Origin: Polaromonas sp.
GTDB lineage: Bacteria > Pseudomonadota > Gammaproteobacteria > Burkholderiales > Burkholderiaceae_C
Reading direction: 5' to 3'
Assembly (NCBI GenBank): GCA_025362825.1
Contig: JANYFF010000249.1
Location: forward strand, 1-44,362
Length of the DNA: 44,362 nucleotides
In this document: positions 8,739 to 18,685 of the stretch, piece by piece
Layout: each line of letters starts with the position of its first letter
Position numbering within the stretch: position 1 is the stretch's first letter
Made by a program: the position numbers and the translations under genes
Notes under the pieces: model-generated
Told to the model about the DNA's origin: nothing
Seen by the model: only the letters and a program-made list of their open reading frames with translations
Databases searched by the model: none

Positions 8739-9914
8739 GTGCCGAAATCACAACCCCACAAATCCTTTATCCAGACCATGCTCAAGGCCACCCGGATGAC
8801 CGGCAACGGCCGGTTTATGGATGCTACCCACCTGATCCAGCGTGCGCTTCTTGCCAACGGGCCCGCGCCGCGCGCCCACAAGCCTGGGACAGCTACTGCC
8901 AGCCCCTGGTCTCCGATCACGGAAAAGCATCAGACCGGTCCTGCAAAAGACATCGTCAGCACCGCCCCTGAACCAGCGAATTTTGAGCTGGTAGATGAAC
9001 TCGCGCCCTTAAGCGCGCCACCCGAAGCACCCGCTGCGCACGCGCCCAGCTTCACGCGGCACACCTTCAGCTTTGACGGCGAGCAATACCCTTACCGGCT
9101 CTACGTTCCCGCTACACCGCACAGCAACGCAGAGGCTGAAGGCGCACTGCCGCTGGTCGTACTGCTGCATGGCTGCACCCAGAACTCGCAAGACTTTGCC
9201 CGCGGCACCGCCATGAATGCGTTGGCCGAAGCAAACCAATGCATGGTGCTGTACCCAGAGCAGATCGCGAAATCCAACAGCCAGCGCTGCTGGAACTGGT
9301 TTGAAGCGGGTCACCAGCAACACGGACGCGGCGAGCCGGGCATGATTGCCGCACTGACGCAAAAAATCCTGACAAGCGACCAGCATAGCCGTCGCGCAGA
9401 CTCAACACGCGTCTACATTGCCGGGCTTTCAGCCGGTGGCGCGATGGCTGCCGTCGTCGCAGCGCTTTACCCCGATCTGTTTGCCGCCCTCGGCGTTCAC
9501 TCCGGTCTGGCTGCAGGCGCCGCGCAAGACCTGATGTCGGCCTTCGGCGCTATGCGCGTGGGCGCCAAAGGACGCGACGGCCCGGCTTTGCCGACGATCG
9601 TCTTCCACGGCACCGCAGACCGGACGGTACACCCCGATAACGGGGAGCACATCATCGATGCCGCCCTTTCAGCGTTGCAGGCAGAAGGGCTGAAGCTGGT
9701 TAAAAGCCGCAGTGTCGTCGGCGCAGCAGGCCAAAAAGCCGAGCGCACGGTCTTCAGCGCAGCCGATGGTCCTTCGTACATCGAGCATTGGCTGATTGAT
9801 GCCGGGCCTCACGCGTGGTCAGGCGGCAACGCAGCAGGCTCATATACAGACCCTGACGGGCCTTCAGCCTCTGAAGCCATGCTGAGATTTTTTCTGCAGC
9901 ACAGGAAGGGTTGA
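8739..9914 (+). CDS. PHB depolymerase-family esterase (LpqC-like alpha/beta hydrolase)
   Basis: LVVLLHGCTQ, CWNWF, GLSAGGAM nucleophile elbow, FHGTADRTV and HAWSGG. GGAG RBS before GTG 8739; no clear signal peptide. Confidence 0.92.
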   Translation: MPKSQPHKSFIQTMLKATRMTGNGRFMDATHLIQRALLANGPAPRAHKPGTATASPWSPITEKHQTGPAKDIVSTAPEPANFELVDELAPLSAPPEAPAAHAPSFTRHTFSFDGEQYPYRLYVPATPHSNAEAEGALPLVVLLHGCTQNSQDFARGTAMNALAEANQCMVLYPEQIAKSNSQRCWNWFEAGHQQHGRGEPGMIAALTQKILTSDQHSRRADSTRVYIAGLSAGGAMAAVVAALYPDLFAALGVHSGLAAGAAQDLMSAFGAMRVGAKGRDGPALPTIVFHGTADRTVHPDNGEHIIDAALSALQAEGLKLVKSRSVVGAAGQKAERTVFSAADGPSYIEHWLIDAGPHAWSGGNAAGSYTDPDGPSASEAMLRFFLQHRKG

Positions 9915-9972
9915 AAAAAAGCTGCGAGGCACTGAAAGCGCACTCTCAGTGCACTGAGAAGTATTGCGGCTT

Positions 9973-10827
9973 TTACTGCGTCACTTTGCGTGGAAGCCTA
10001 AGAGTGACGGCGCCGGGCTTTTGTGCATTGGTCAAACCGGCATCCGCGGCAATGCTGGACTGCAAATCAAGCAGGCTTTTCTGGCTGACCTCAATCAGGC
10101 CGCGCCTCGGGCGGTCGAGGTCAAGAATGATGAAAACGAGTACGACGATCAAAACGACCAGGACGTAGCTGACCATGGAGGGTCGGTGCCCGGCGATGCC
10201 GGTGCCGAATCCGACTATCGCGCCGGTCATCAAAAAAGTGCCGTACAGCAACAGCAGAACCACTTCTGGCACATGCCGGCTCAGCGCCGCATCGCGTTTG
10301 CCAAAGTTGTCAATCAGCTGGTTGACCGACTCGGCAAACAGGGTCGGCGTGTAAGCATTCGGGTCGACCTCCAGCGCCTGCACGGCATAGCCCCACAAGG
10401 CATTCTGGGCATGGCCCGCTTTTGCCAGCAGGTCTTGCCGCTCGGTCCGGTCAACGGCAGTCAACACGCTGGCCTGTACCCGCAGGTCGAGGTAGTCACG
10501 CAGCAGCGCCCGAACCTCTGCGCGCATGGCCGCCGGTAGCAGTTGCACGCGGAGGTAAGCGGTGCCAATGGCGTTGGCCTCCTCCACCACCGCTTCACTG
10601 CGGCTGTCAAAACGCTGCAGCGACAAGGAGAAAGTAAAGCCAAGCAACAGCGCCAGGATGCCAAGAATTGAAGACTGGATGCCACTGATGTGGTCCCGCG
10701 TGGCCTCGTTGGCAGAGCCTTTGGAGCGTAAGCCCAAACGATGGCCCAGCTCAATGGCAAGCGCCATGGACAGCAGCAAAACGCCAGCAATCAGGCCGCT
10801 GTTGACGTCGTAAAGGAGTTCATTCAT
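9973..10827 (-). CDS. Multi-pass membrane protein, DUF4239/bestrophin-like
   Basis: About 4 TM segments with LLGFTF...R...EEANAIGTAYLR and ILDLDRPRRGLIEVS motifs. Confidence 0.75.
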   Translation of the reverse strand: MNELLYDVNSGLIAGVLLLSMALAIELGHRLGLRSKGSANEATRDHISGIQSSILGILALLLGFTFSLSLQRFDSRSEAVVEEANAIGTAYLRVQLLPAAMRAEVRALLRDYLDLRVQASVLTAVDRTERQDLLAKAGHAQNALWGYAVQALEVDPNAYTPTLFAESVNQLIDNFGKRDAALSRHVPEVVLLLLYGTFLMTGAIVGFGTGIAGHRPSMVSYVLVVLIVVLVFIILDLDRPRRGLIEVSQKSLLDLQSSIAADAGLTNAQKPGAVTLRLPRKVTQ

Positions 10828-10998
10828 GTTGAGTAAGGCCGGCTTGGAGGGTTAAAGTTAAAGGGGAATGCACCAGCTATTTATGCCCGTATTCATTGGG
10901 CCGGGATGTGAGGCAGCCAATACTCAAACCTGCTGGAGGTTAAACATGCCTGAAAAATCGCACTCCACCAGTTACCCGCTGATGGGTGCCCACAGCCG

Positions 10999-12183
10999 TT
11001 ACATGCGCTCAAAGATGGCGGCAATCCCTTGCCCGCCACCAATGCACATGGTCACCAGCGCGTAGCGGCCCTGAATACGGTGCAGCTCGTGAATCGCCTT
11101 AACGGTAATCAGCGCGCCAGTGGCACCAATCGGGTGGCCCAGCGAAATGCCTGAGCCGTTGGGATTGACCTTGGCCGGGTCCAGGCCGAGGTCGCGCGTG
11201 ACGGCGCAGGCCTGGGCGGCAAAGGCCTCATTAGCTTCGATCACGTCCAGGTCATTGACGGTGAGACCGGCTTTCTGTAACGCAAGCTTGGTGGCGGGCA
11301 CTGGGCCTATGCCCATGTATTTGGGGTCCACGCCGGCGTGGGCGTAAGCCACCAGCCGGGCCAGCGGCTTGGCGCCGCGGGCCTTGGCAACGCCGGCCTC
11401 CATCAATACCACGGCAGCTGCCGCGTCGTTGATGCCCGATGCATTGCCGGCTGTGACGGTACCGTTTTCCTTGATAAAGACGGGCTTGAGCCTGGCCATG
11501 TCGGCCAGCGTGCAGCCGGGACGGAAATGCTCGTCCAGCGCGTAGGCCACATCGCCTTTTTTGCTCTTGAGCATGACCGGCATGATCTGCTCCTTGAAGT
11601 AGCCCGCAGCGGTGGCGCGCTCGGCGCGGTTGTGGCTTTCAACCGCAATCGCGTCCTGCTCTTCGCGACTGATGCCCCATTTGGCCGCGATGTTTTCAGC
11701 TGTCACGCCCATGTGGATGTTCTGGAAAGGGTCATGCAGCGCGCCGAGCACCATGTCGACCATTTTGGTGTCGCCCATGCGCGCCCCCCAGCGCATGGCC
11801 AGGCTGGCGTAAGGGCCGCGGCTCATGTTTTCGGCCCCGCCGCCGATGGCAATGTCGGCATCGCCCAGCAAAATGCTCTGGCTGGCCGACACGATGGCCT
11901 GCAGGCCCGAACCGCACAGGCGGTTGACGTTGTAGGCAGGCGTGGCCTCGCCGCAACCGCCGTTGATAGCCGCCACGCGCGACAAATACATGTCTTTGGG
12001 TTCGGTGTTAACGACATGGCCAAACACCACATGGCCGACGTCCTTGCCTTCGACTTTTGCGCGGGCGAGGGACTCGCGCACAACCTGCGCGGCAAGCTCG
12101 GTCGGTGCGATGTCCTTTAGGCTGCCGCCGTAGGTACCAATGGCGGTGCGCACACCGCTGACAACAACAACTTCACGGGTCAT
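10999..12183 (-). CDS. bktB: Beta-ketothiolase (acetyl-CoA C-acyltransferase), BktB-like
   Basis: NRLCGSG, NEAFAAQ, GHPIGATG and MCIGGGQG motifs; N-terminus MTREVVVVSGVRTAIG as in Cupriavidus BktB. Confidence 0.93.
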   Translation of the reverse strand: MTREVVVVSGVRTAIGTYGGSLKDIAPTELAAQVVRESLARAKVEGKDVGHVVFGHVVNTEPKDMYLSRVAAINGGCGEATPAYNVNRLCGSGLQAIVSASQSILLGDADIAIGGGAENMSRGPYASLAMRWGARMGDTKMVDMVLGALHDPFQNIHMGVTAENIAAKWGISREEQDAIAVESHNRAERATAAGYFKEQIMPVMLKSKKGDVAYALDEHFRPGCTLADMARLKPVFIKENGTVTAGNASGINDAAAAVVLMEAGVAKARGAKPLARLVAYAHAGVDPKYMGIGPVPATKLALQKAGLTVNDLDVIEANEAFAAQACAVTRDLGLDPAKVNPNGSGISLGHPIGATGALITVKAIHELHRIQGRYALVTMCIGGGQGIAAIFERM

Positions 12184-12301
12184 GGGGGGTCTCCTTAAGG
12201 TTTAAACGAGTGGTCGCTGCGAACAGCATCAACAACTTATCTTACTGATTCCTGTTGCAGGCGCGGCTGCTCAGCAACATGAGGCTGGCGTATCGCTACT
12301 G

Positions 12302-13195
12302 TCAATGCGGCGGGCCAATTTCCGCCGCCACGCTTTCTGCGCAAGCAAGCAGGGCCTGTATTTTTGGATCGCTCTCTCTTGAGGCCAGATAAAAGATGGA
12401 GAGCAAAGCTTCAATCCTTCCCTCCTCCCACAAAAAAATCTTTCCGTCGTTGACCCGGGACCGGACTTTTTCCTCCCTGAGGAGGGCCAGTCCAACGCCA
12501 GCCTCAACCAGATTTTCCAGTGTGGCTTCCCTGTCTGTCTCCACAACCTTGGTGGGCGTCACGCCATGCGATGCAAGCAGACTGGTCACCAGTCGGGGAT
12601 ATGAGCCCAAAGCAGGCACCCAGAGCCACGGCAGTGTGCCGATGGCGCTCCATTTTTCGCTGCTTACCTGCTCCTGCCATTGCCGGGGTACCGCAATGCA
12701 AAACCTGATCTTGCGAATCGGGACGGACCGGATGAGCGCTTCATGCAGCTCCCCAATGTAGAACCCCGCGTCACGCCGCTCGGCCTTGACCTCACCCAAT
12801 GCCCAGCCAGAAAGGCCATGCGCAATGGCCACGCTGATTAGCGGATAGCTGGCCCGCATGCGGCTCATCAGGGCGCCGAGCCCCAGCGTCTCGGCATCGT
12901 TGATGGCCGCGATCCGCAGGTCGCCGGAAACCTGCCCTGCGTGCAGCCGGGCTGCCGTTGCCAGGGACTCGCTGGCAGAGACCGCGGTTTGCGCCGCTGC
13001 AATGGCCAGCTCGCCGAAACCGGTCAGCTCCACACCCGTCGCGGTCCTGGTGAACAGCGGAGTGCCGAGTTCCTGCTCCAGTAACTTGAGGTGGCCGCTT
13101 GCAGTGGACTGCGTGATATGCAGCACGGCCGCAGCCTGCGTGATGTTGCCAATCCGGGCGATCGTTAGAAACGTTCTTAACTGATATAGCTCCAT
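12302..13195 (-). CDS. LysR-family transcriptional regulator
   Basis: MELYQLRTF...NITQAAAVLHITQSTASGHLKLLEQELG HTH; start placed at ATG 13195. Confidence 0.93.
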   Translation of the reverse strand: MELYQLRTFLTIARIGNITQAAAVLHITQSTASGHLKLLEQELGTPLFTRTATGVELTGFGELAIAAAQTAVSASESLATAARLHAGQVSGDLRIAAINDAETLGLGALMSRMRASYPLISVAIAHGLSGWALGEVKAERRDAGFYIGELHEALIRSVPIRKIRFCIAVPRQWQEQVSSEKWSAIGTLPWLWVPALGSYPRLVTSLLASHGVTPTKVVETDREATLENLVEAGVGLALLREEKVRSRVNDGKIFLWEEGRIEALLSIFYLASRESDPKIQALLACAESVAAEIGPPH

Positions 13196-13278
13196 GCGGC
13201 CCCGCAAATAAACCCAGCATACGCCCCGGCACCGGGCGATGCATCCACACTTCCCCGATGGATGCGCTTCCTTAAGCC

Positions 13279-14253
13279 TTACTCCCCCTTGATGGAGGCC
13301 GCCTTGACAACTGCGCCCCATTTTTTTATCTCTGCCTTGATGTAGGCAGAAAATTCAGCGGGGGTGTCACCAACCGGAATGGCGCCTTGCTGGATCAGCT
13401 TTTCCTCCACATCCTTGTCCTTGAGAATCCGGACGATCTCGCGGTTCAGCATGGCCACAATCGGTGCAGGCGTACCCCGCGGCGCCACCAGCCCGACCCA
13501 CGAATAAGCTTCGTAACCCGGCACGCCGCTTTCCGCGATGGTCGGAACATCAGGAAGCGCAGCGATCCTGCTGTTGCTGCCTACTGCAAGTGCGGTGAGG
13601 CGCCCCTGTTTAACGAACTCAATGACGCCCGGAACGCTGCTGTACAACATCTGCACCTGCCCCGACAGCAGGTCAGCCGTGGCCGGGCCATTGCCCTTGT
13701 ACTGCACAGCAGTGGTTTTGACCTTTGCCATCGAGTTGAAGAGCTCACCAGCCAGATGACCGGAGTTACCAATGCCGGGCGAAGCAAAGAACACCTTGCC
13801 TGGATTCGCCTTCGCATAGGTGATGAGCCGAGGAATCGTCTTCGGTGCAAAAGCTGCGTTCGTCACCAGGACCAGGGGGAAGTTGGCCAGGTTGGTGATG
13901 GGCTCAAAGTCTTTCACCGGGTCGTATTGCAGGTGCTCATACATGCTCGGATTCACGGCCATTGGACCGGCAGCACCTACCCCCAGCGTATAGCCGTCCG
14001 GCGCGCTGTTGGCGAGTGCCTGCAGGCCGATGATGCCGTTGGCTCCGGCCCGGTTGTCGATAACCACCGGCTGGCCCAGACGCTCGCTGAGTTTTTGCCC
14101 GACGACGCGGGCAATCGTGTCATTGCCGCCACCCGGCGGGAACGGAACGATGATCTTGATGGGCCGGTTTGGATAGGCTTGGGCCGAAGCCACGCCCGCC
14201 ATCAGCACCAGCACCGCAGCCGCAATGCTTCTGCGGGTCCGTGTGTAGTTCAT
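13279..14253 (-). CDS. Bug/TctC-family substrate-binding protein
   Basis: Signal peptide, YPNRPIKIIVPFPPGGGND, DNRAGANG, PDGYTL. Overlaps the upstream gene by 4 bp (ATGA). Confidence 0.95.
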   Translation of the reverse strand: MNYTRTRRSIAAAVLVLMAGVASAQAYPNRPIKIIVPFPPGGGNDTIARVVGQKLSERLGQPVVIDNRAGANGIIGLQALANSAPDGYTLGVGAAGPMAVNPSMYEHLQYDPVKDFEPITNLANFPLVLVTNAAFAPKTIPRLITYAKANPGKVFFASPGIGNSGHLAGELFNSMAKVKTTAVQYKGNGPATADLLSGQVQMLYSSVPGVIEFVKQGRLTALAVGSNSRIAALPDVPTIAESGVPGYEAYSWVGLVAPRGTPAPIVAMLNREIVRILKDKDVEEKLIQQGAIPVGDTPAEFSAYIKAEIKKWGAVVKAASIKGE

Positions 14254-14669
14254 GTCTTTGCTCCTTCAGATTCAGCTTTTTCGCGCTCGGCTGCTTCCAG
14301 CGCCATGATGTCCGGAAGGCTGGCCTTGATCACGTTGACCGCATCAACGCAGGCTGGCCCACCGCAATAAATGAAGGCATGCAGCACCAGTTCACGTATC
14401 TCTTCATGGGTGCATCCGTTGCGGATGGCACCACGCAGGTGAAGCCTGATTTCGTGCGGCCTGTTCAAGGCAATACATATCACCAAAGTCAGCAGGCTAC
14501 GGGTTTTCAGGTCCAAGCCTGGCCGGGTCCAGACCTTGCCCCATGCGAACTCGGTGAGGAGTTGCTGAAAGGGCATGAACATCTCGTCCGCGTCTTTCAG
14601 GGTCTTTTCCACATAGTCTGCGCCCAGGACCTGTTTGCGGATCGCTAGACCCTCTTCATAAGCACTCAT
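14250..14669 (-). CDS. Carboxymuconolactone decarboxylase (PcaC/CMD)-family protein
   Basis: YEEGLAIRKQVLG, AWGKVWTRPGLDLKTRSL, HLRGAIRNG and IYCGGPA. Confidence 0.9.
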   Translation of the reverse strand: MSAYEEGLAIRKQVLGADYVEKTLKDADEMFMPFQQLLTEFAWGKVWTRPGLDLKTRSLLTLVICIALNRPHEIRLHLRGAIRNGCTHEEIRELVLHAFIYCGGPACVDAVNVIKASLPDIMALEAAEREKAESEGAKT

Positions 14670-14670
14670 A

Positions 14671-15702
14671 TCAGTCTCCTTGTTTTGAATCGATTTGCTT
14701 GAGGCCGACCAGCTCCCTGGCAGCCACGGTGATCGTTCCCGCGTCGGGTATCAGCGCCTTTTGCAGATGCGGCGCACACGGAATGCGGCTGTCGATGGTC
14801 GCAACGCGTTTGACAGGGGCCAGGAGCTTGCCGAATAGGACCGTGTTGATACGTGTGGCGATCTCGGCACCGAAGCCACCGGTGAGCACCGCCTCATGAG
14901 CAATGATCAGCCGGCCTGTCTTGCGCACACTGGCGTACAGCGTGTCCCAGTCGAAGGGATTCAGCCAGCGCGCATTGATGACTTCCGCCGAGATGCTTTC
15001 GGCCTCAAGCACCCTGGCTGCTTCCAGCGCCTGGAACAACATGGCACTCCAGGTCACGATGGTCACGTCTTTGCCCGGCCGCATGACGACCGAGCCGCCG
15101 ACCGCCTCAATGGCGCCGCCGGTTGTCACGTTCTGGATTTCGCCGTGGTACAGACCGCGGTTTTCGATCAGCAAGGTCGGGTCGTTGCAGGCAATGGCTG
15201 CGCGTGTCATTGTGTAGGCATCCTGGGGGGTCGCCGCCAGGCCGACCCTAAGGCCCGGGATGTGCGCATACAGGGCCTCCAGGTTTTGCGAGTGCTGCGC
15301 GCACGAGCCAGGCAAATGCCCCTGCTGCGTCCTGATCGTCAGCGGAGCAGACAGACTGCCCGCGGACACAAAGCGGACATTGGCCGCCTGGTTGACGATC
15401 TGGTCCATCGCCACCAGGGTAAAATCAATCCACATGATTTCGACGATGGGCCGCAGCCCTGTCATGGCCGCCCCCACGGCGGCGCCCAGCATCGCTGTCT
15501 CGCTGATGGGCGTGTCGAAAACGCGGTCGCCAAACTCCTCGTTGAGTTTTTTGGTGACACCAAAGATGCCGCCGGCTTCGCCTACATCCTCACCGTAGAG
15601 GATGACGTCTTCCGATGACAGCAAGGCTTCACGCAGGGCCGTGTTGATGGCGCGTGCATAGGTGAGTTCCTGCACTTCGGTCGGGTAACTTGGGTTATGC
15701 AT
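14671..15702 (-). CDS. 2-oxoacid/acetoin dehydrogenase E1 beta subunit
   Basis: GEDVG, RVFDTPISE, RPIVEIM, AQHSQ and GKDVTIV. Start at 15702 overlaps the alpha-subunit stop. Confidence 0.93.
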   Translation of the reverse strand: MHNPSYPTEVQELTYARAINTALREALLSSEDVILYGEDVGEAGGIFGVTKKLNEEFGDRVFDTPISETAMLGAAVGAAMTGLRPIVEIMWIDFTLVAMDQIVNQAANVRFVSAGSLSAPLTIRTQQGHLPGSCAQHSQNLEALYAHIPGLRVGLAATPQDAYTMTRAAIACNDPTLLIENRGLYHGEIQNVTTGGAIEAVGGSVVMRPGKDVTIVTWSAMLFQALEAARVLEAESISAEVINARWLNPFDWDTLYASVRKTGRLIIAHEAVLTGGFGAEIATRINTVLFGKLLAPVKRVATIDSRIPCAPHLQKALIPDAGTITVAARELVGLKQIDSKQGD

Positions 15703-16663
15703 ACAGGTGCTCCGCAATAGTGGCGGCGTTGGCCAAAGGCGCCAGGCAGGCAAGCTCGGCAGCGCTGTTAATTTCCAGACGGACCCGCTCGCTCAGCGCC
15801 GCCGCCTCGTCGCCGCGTCCAAACGCGGCCAGTGCTTGCTGCACACGAACAATCGGCTCGGTCTTTTTTGCCTCGGCGATTTCCCCATTGGGCCGGTACG
15901 ATTGCATGTCGCCTATGTAATGGCCCACCAGGCGTTGGGTCATGGCTTCAACCAGGGCCGGGCCTTTGCCTGCGCGGGCGGCGTCCACAAATGTTGCGAC
16001 AGTTCTGCGCATGGCCTCCGGGTCGTTGCCATCGACCCGCACCCCCGGCATGCCGTAGGCGCCCGCTCGTTGGTACATCTCGTCTACCCGTACCATCCGG
16101 GCAGTCGGCGTGAGCTCCGAATAGATATTGTTTTCACAGATGAAGATCAAGGGCAGGTCCTGATACGCAGCGAAATTCATCGCTTCGTGAACTGCCCCCT
16201 GGTTCATGGCCCCCTCGCCAAAGGCGGTGAGAACCACGCGCCCTTTACCCTCACGCTTCGCGCTCAGGGCTGCGCCAAGTGCCACTGCGGCGCCTGCACC
16301 GACGATGGAGTTTTCTCCATAGAAGCCCCACTGCGGCGCAGAAAGTTGTGCCGAGCCGCCGCGCCCTTTGCAGACGCCGATCTCCTTGCCCATGAGTTCT
16401 GCAAAGAGATTGAGTGGCGGTACGCCACAGGCAATTGCCCAGCCGTGCCCGCGATAGGTGCCGAAGACCCGGTCCTGATCGGTGAGCGCCGACCTGGCAC
16501 CCACATATATGGCTTCCTGTCCTATGCAAAGGTGCACCGAGCCGATGATGATTTGCTTCTTGCGAAAATCCGCGACCGTCTCCTCAAAGTATCGAATTCT
16601 CAGCATGGCTTCAAAATGCTGCATCAGTGCTGCGCCATCAGAGTTTGTCCAGGTTTCTTTCAT
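15695..16663 (-). CDS. TPP-dependent dehydrogenase E1 alpha subunit
   Basis: HLCIGQEA, TYRGHG, KGRGGS, TPP motif GEGA...ENN, and RVDGND. Confidence 0.93.
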   Translation of the reverse strand: MKETWTNSDGAALMQHFEAMLRIRYFEETVADFRKKQIIIGSVHLCIGQEAIYVGARSALTDQDRVFGTYRGHGWAIACGVPPLNLFAELMGKEIGVCKGRGGSAQLSAPQWGFYGENSIVGAGAAVALGAALSAKREGKGRVVLTAFGEGAMNQGAVHEAMNFAAYQDLPLIFICENNIYSELTPTARMVRVDEMYQRAGAYGMPGVRVDGNDPEAMRRTVATFVDAARAGKGPALVEAMTQRLVGHYIGDMQSYRPNGEIAEAKKTEPIVRVQQALAAFGRGDEAAALSERVRLEINSAAELACLAPLANAATIAEHLYA

Positions 16664-17163
16664 GTGCGGGCCAGGTCCGAGTGGTTAAGAGCTTGATGCT
16701 ATCGACGCCTGCCGGTGCTTGCCAACAGAGAATTCGGATGTCAGGCATCGAGTTTCCCAGTGCCCGGGATCCAGTGGGAGGCACGCTGGCGGGCAGTCGG
16801 GATGGGGCAGTTCGCCGCTTGCATCTGCAGCGCACCGACCCTGTTCCCAGGCTAGGTGATCGTCGCCGGCCCACCCGGCGGCAGCGCGCAGGCCTTGGGT
16901 TTAACCGACGGTGACCCGCAACGGTGCTTGTTTGCCAACCTGAAACTCAAGTTGGTCGCCCTGCTTAAGGAAGTTGCTGGTCCCCAGCGCGCGCCATGCA
17001 CGGCAAATCGCCACGCTTTTGATGGCGAATGCGCAAGCGGCGCGGTTTTCCTACGCCGGCGGCGTGGCAGCGACTACAGCGCTCCCAACAACACCCGCGC
17101 ATATTGCAGTTTCGGCATTCCTTTAATGCATCTACTGTTTTACTGCCTCTTCAGGAGAACTTC

Positions 17164-17454
17164 ATGCGCATGACAACCACAAGCACCGATACCAGAACCA
17201 CCGGCAAGGGCATGTCCGACAAAACGCCGCAGGATGGCGATTCACGCGTTGGTCGCGAGCAGACGGCAAAAGATGTCTCGGATGAAGCCAGCCTGTCGCT
17301 GCCACATGAGCGCGACCAGGCGACCGCAATGACCAGTGCCAAACCGGCCCCTGAAATGAAACAGGCTAAGCGTGATGTGGACGCCGGACTACAGGACACC
17401 AGCAAGCAGCCTGAAATGAACGCTGCCTACAAAAGGCAGAAGCAGGCGGATTGA
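17164..17454 (+). CDS. Small hydrophilic hypothetical protein (LPHERD motif)
   Basis: CAGGAG RBS before ATG 17164; 96 aa, low complexity, with LPHERDQ...QAKRDVDAGLQDT. Confidence 0.7.
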   Translation: MRMTTTSTDTRTTGKGMSDKTPQDGDSRVGREQTAKDVSDEASLSLPHERDQATAMTSAKPAPEMKQAKRDVDAGLQDTSKQPEMNAAYKRQKQAD

Positions 17455-17465
17455 CTCTTGACCAC

Positions 17466-18619
17466 TGGCGTTTAATTGCATTTATAAGCGACAGTGTTAT
17501 GAACTCCTTGGCTTTATCTACCAAGGAGATGCAACGGCAAGAGTAGCGGTGATGCTGTCATGCGCGGCGTATACGGTGGGCGAGCTTGAGCGTTTGTCTC
17601 GCAATCGCAGCGGCGAGGTGGGGCTTGCTGAGCGAGCGAGCATCGTGCTGGCTTGTCTGGGGGAAAGCGCAACGACGAGGTGGCGCGCGAGGTCGGCGTT
17701 CGAGCCACCACTGTGGGGCTAGGCGCCAACGCTTTGCCGCGCGCGGCCTGCGGGGACTGCGGGGACTGCGGGGACTGCGGGACAAGCCCAGGACCGGCAG
17801 GCAAGCCAAGTACGGTGCTGAGCTAAGGGATCGAGTGCGCGCGCAACTCGAGCTGTCCCCACAGTTCGGGGCAACCCGGGATGGGGGCTCTTTGGCGGTG
17901 GCGCTGGAGGTGTCCGACGATGCTGTGTGGCGCGTGCTGCGTAAGGAAGGCATCCAGCTGCAACGCCACCGGTCGTGGTACGTCAGCACGGATCCCGAGT
18001 TTGCGGCCAAGGCGGCCGACGTGATCGGGCTGTACTTGAACCCGCCGCAAAAAGCCTTGGTACTCAGCGTCGATGAGAAGCCATCCATTGAGGCGCTGGA
18101 GCGTGCGCGAGGGTACGTTCAGACCAGTAGCGGCAAGATCGTTCAGAGGATGAAGAGCACATACAAGCGTCACGGGACAGTCAACCTCTTTGCTGCGCTG
18201 GAGGTCGCCACCGGCATCATCCGCGATAAGGCTACGCAGACCAAGAAACGAGCCGACTCCCAGGCCTTTAGGGAGGAGGGGAACGCCGATCAGCCTTCTG
18301 AACGGCAGATTCACGTCATCCTGGACAATCTGAGCACCCACAAGAGGAACGACGAGTGGCCCGCCGCGCGCCCGCGCGTCACCTCCCGCTTCACGCCCAC
18401 CAGCGCGAGCTGGCTCAATCAAGTCGAGACATGGTTCGGAATCTTCCAGCGCAAGACGCTGCGCAACGCCAGCTTTGCCAGTATCGATCAACTCATCGGG
18501 GCGATACGCGATTTCACCGCAGCATACAACGAGAACGCCGCCCCTTCGTCTGGCGCAAGCGCGAGGTGAAGGGCTGGCAGCTTCGGAATACTATCGTTAA
18601 CTTACGCAATTAGACTCCT
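17466..18619 (+). mobile_element. Decayed IS630-family element (transposase pseudogene)
   Basis: DEK, YKRHGT, ILDN, TPTSASWLNQVE motifs. The start appears mutated to ACG (17534) after AAGGAG, with frameshifts near both ends. Degenerate terminal IRs TGGCGTTTAATTGC / GCAATTAGACTCC. Confidence 0.9.
17748..17782 (+). repeat. 9-bp tandem repeat (CTGCGGGGA)x3 plus a partial copy, inside the IS630 remnant
   Basis: Read directly; encodes LRG-LRG-LRG-LRD. Confidence 0.9.
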
Positions 18620-18685
18620 GGCCGCTAATTTGCTGCGGGTGCAGGCGTATTGGGAGCGCTACGGGGTGATCTGACGCGCGGATCG

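Noticed and set aside
9944-9959. Perfect 16-bp palindrome TCTCAGTGCACTGAGA between convergent genes
   Set aside because: Single loopless occurrence with no U-tract; no function can be assigned.
16800-16900. VIVAGPPGGSA peptide resembling the Bug-family IVPFPPGG motif (possible remnant gene)
   Set aside because: Only ~10 residues match, preceded by a stop, and no other Bug motifs follow.
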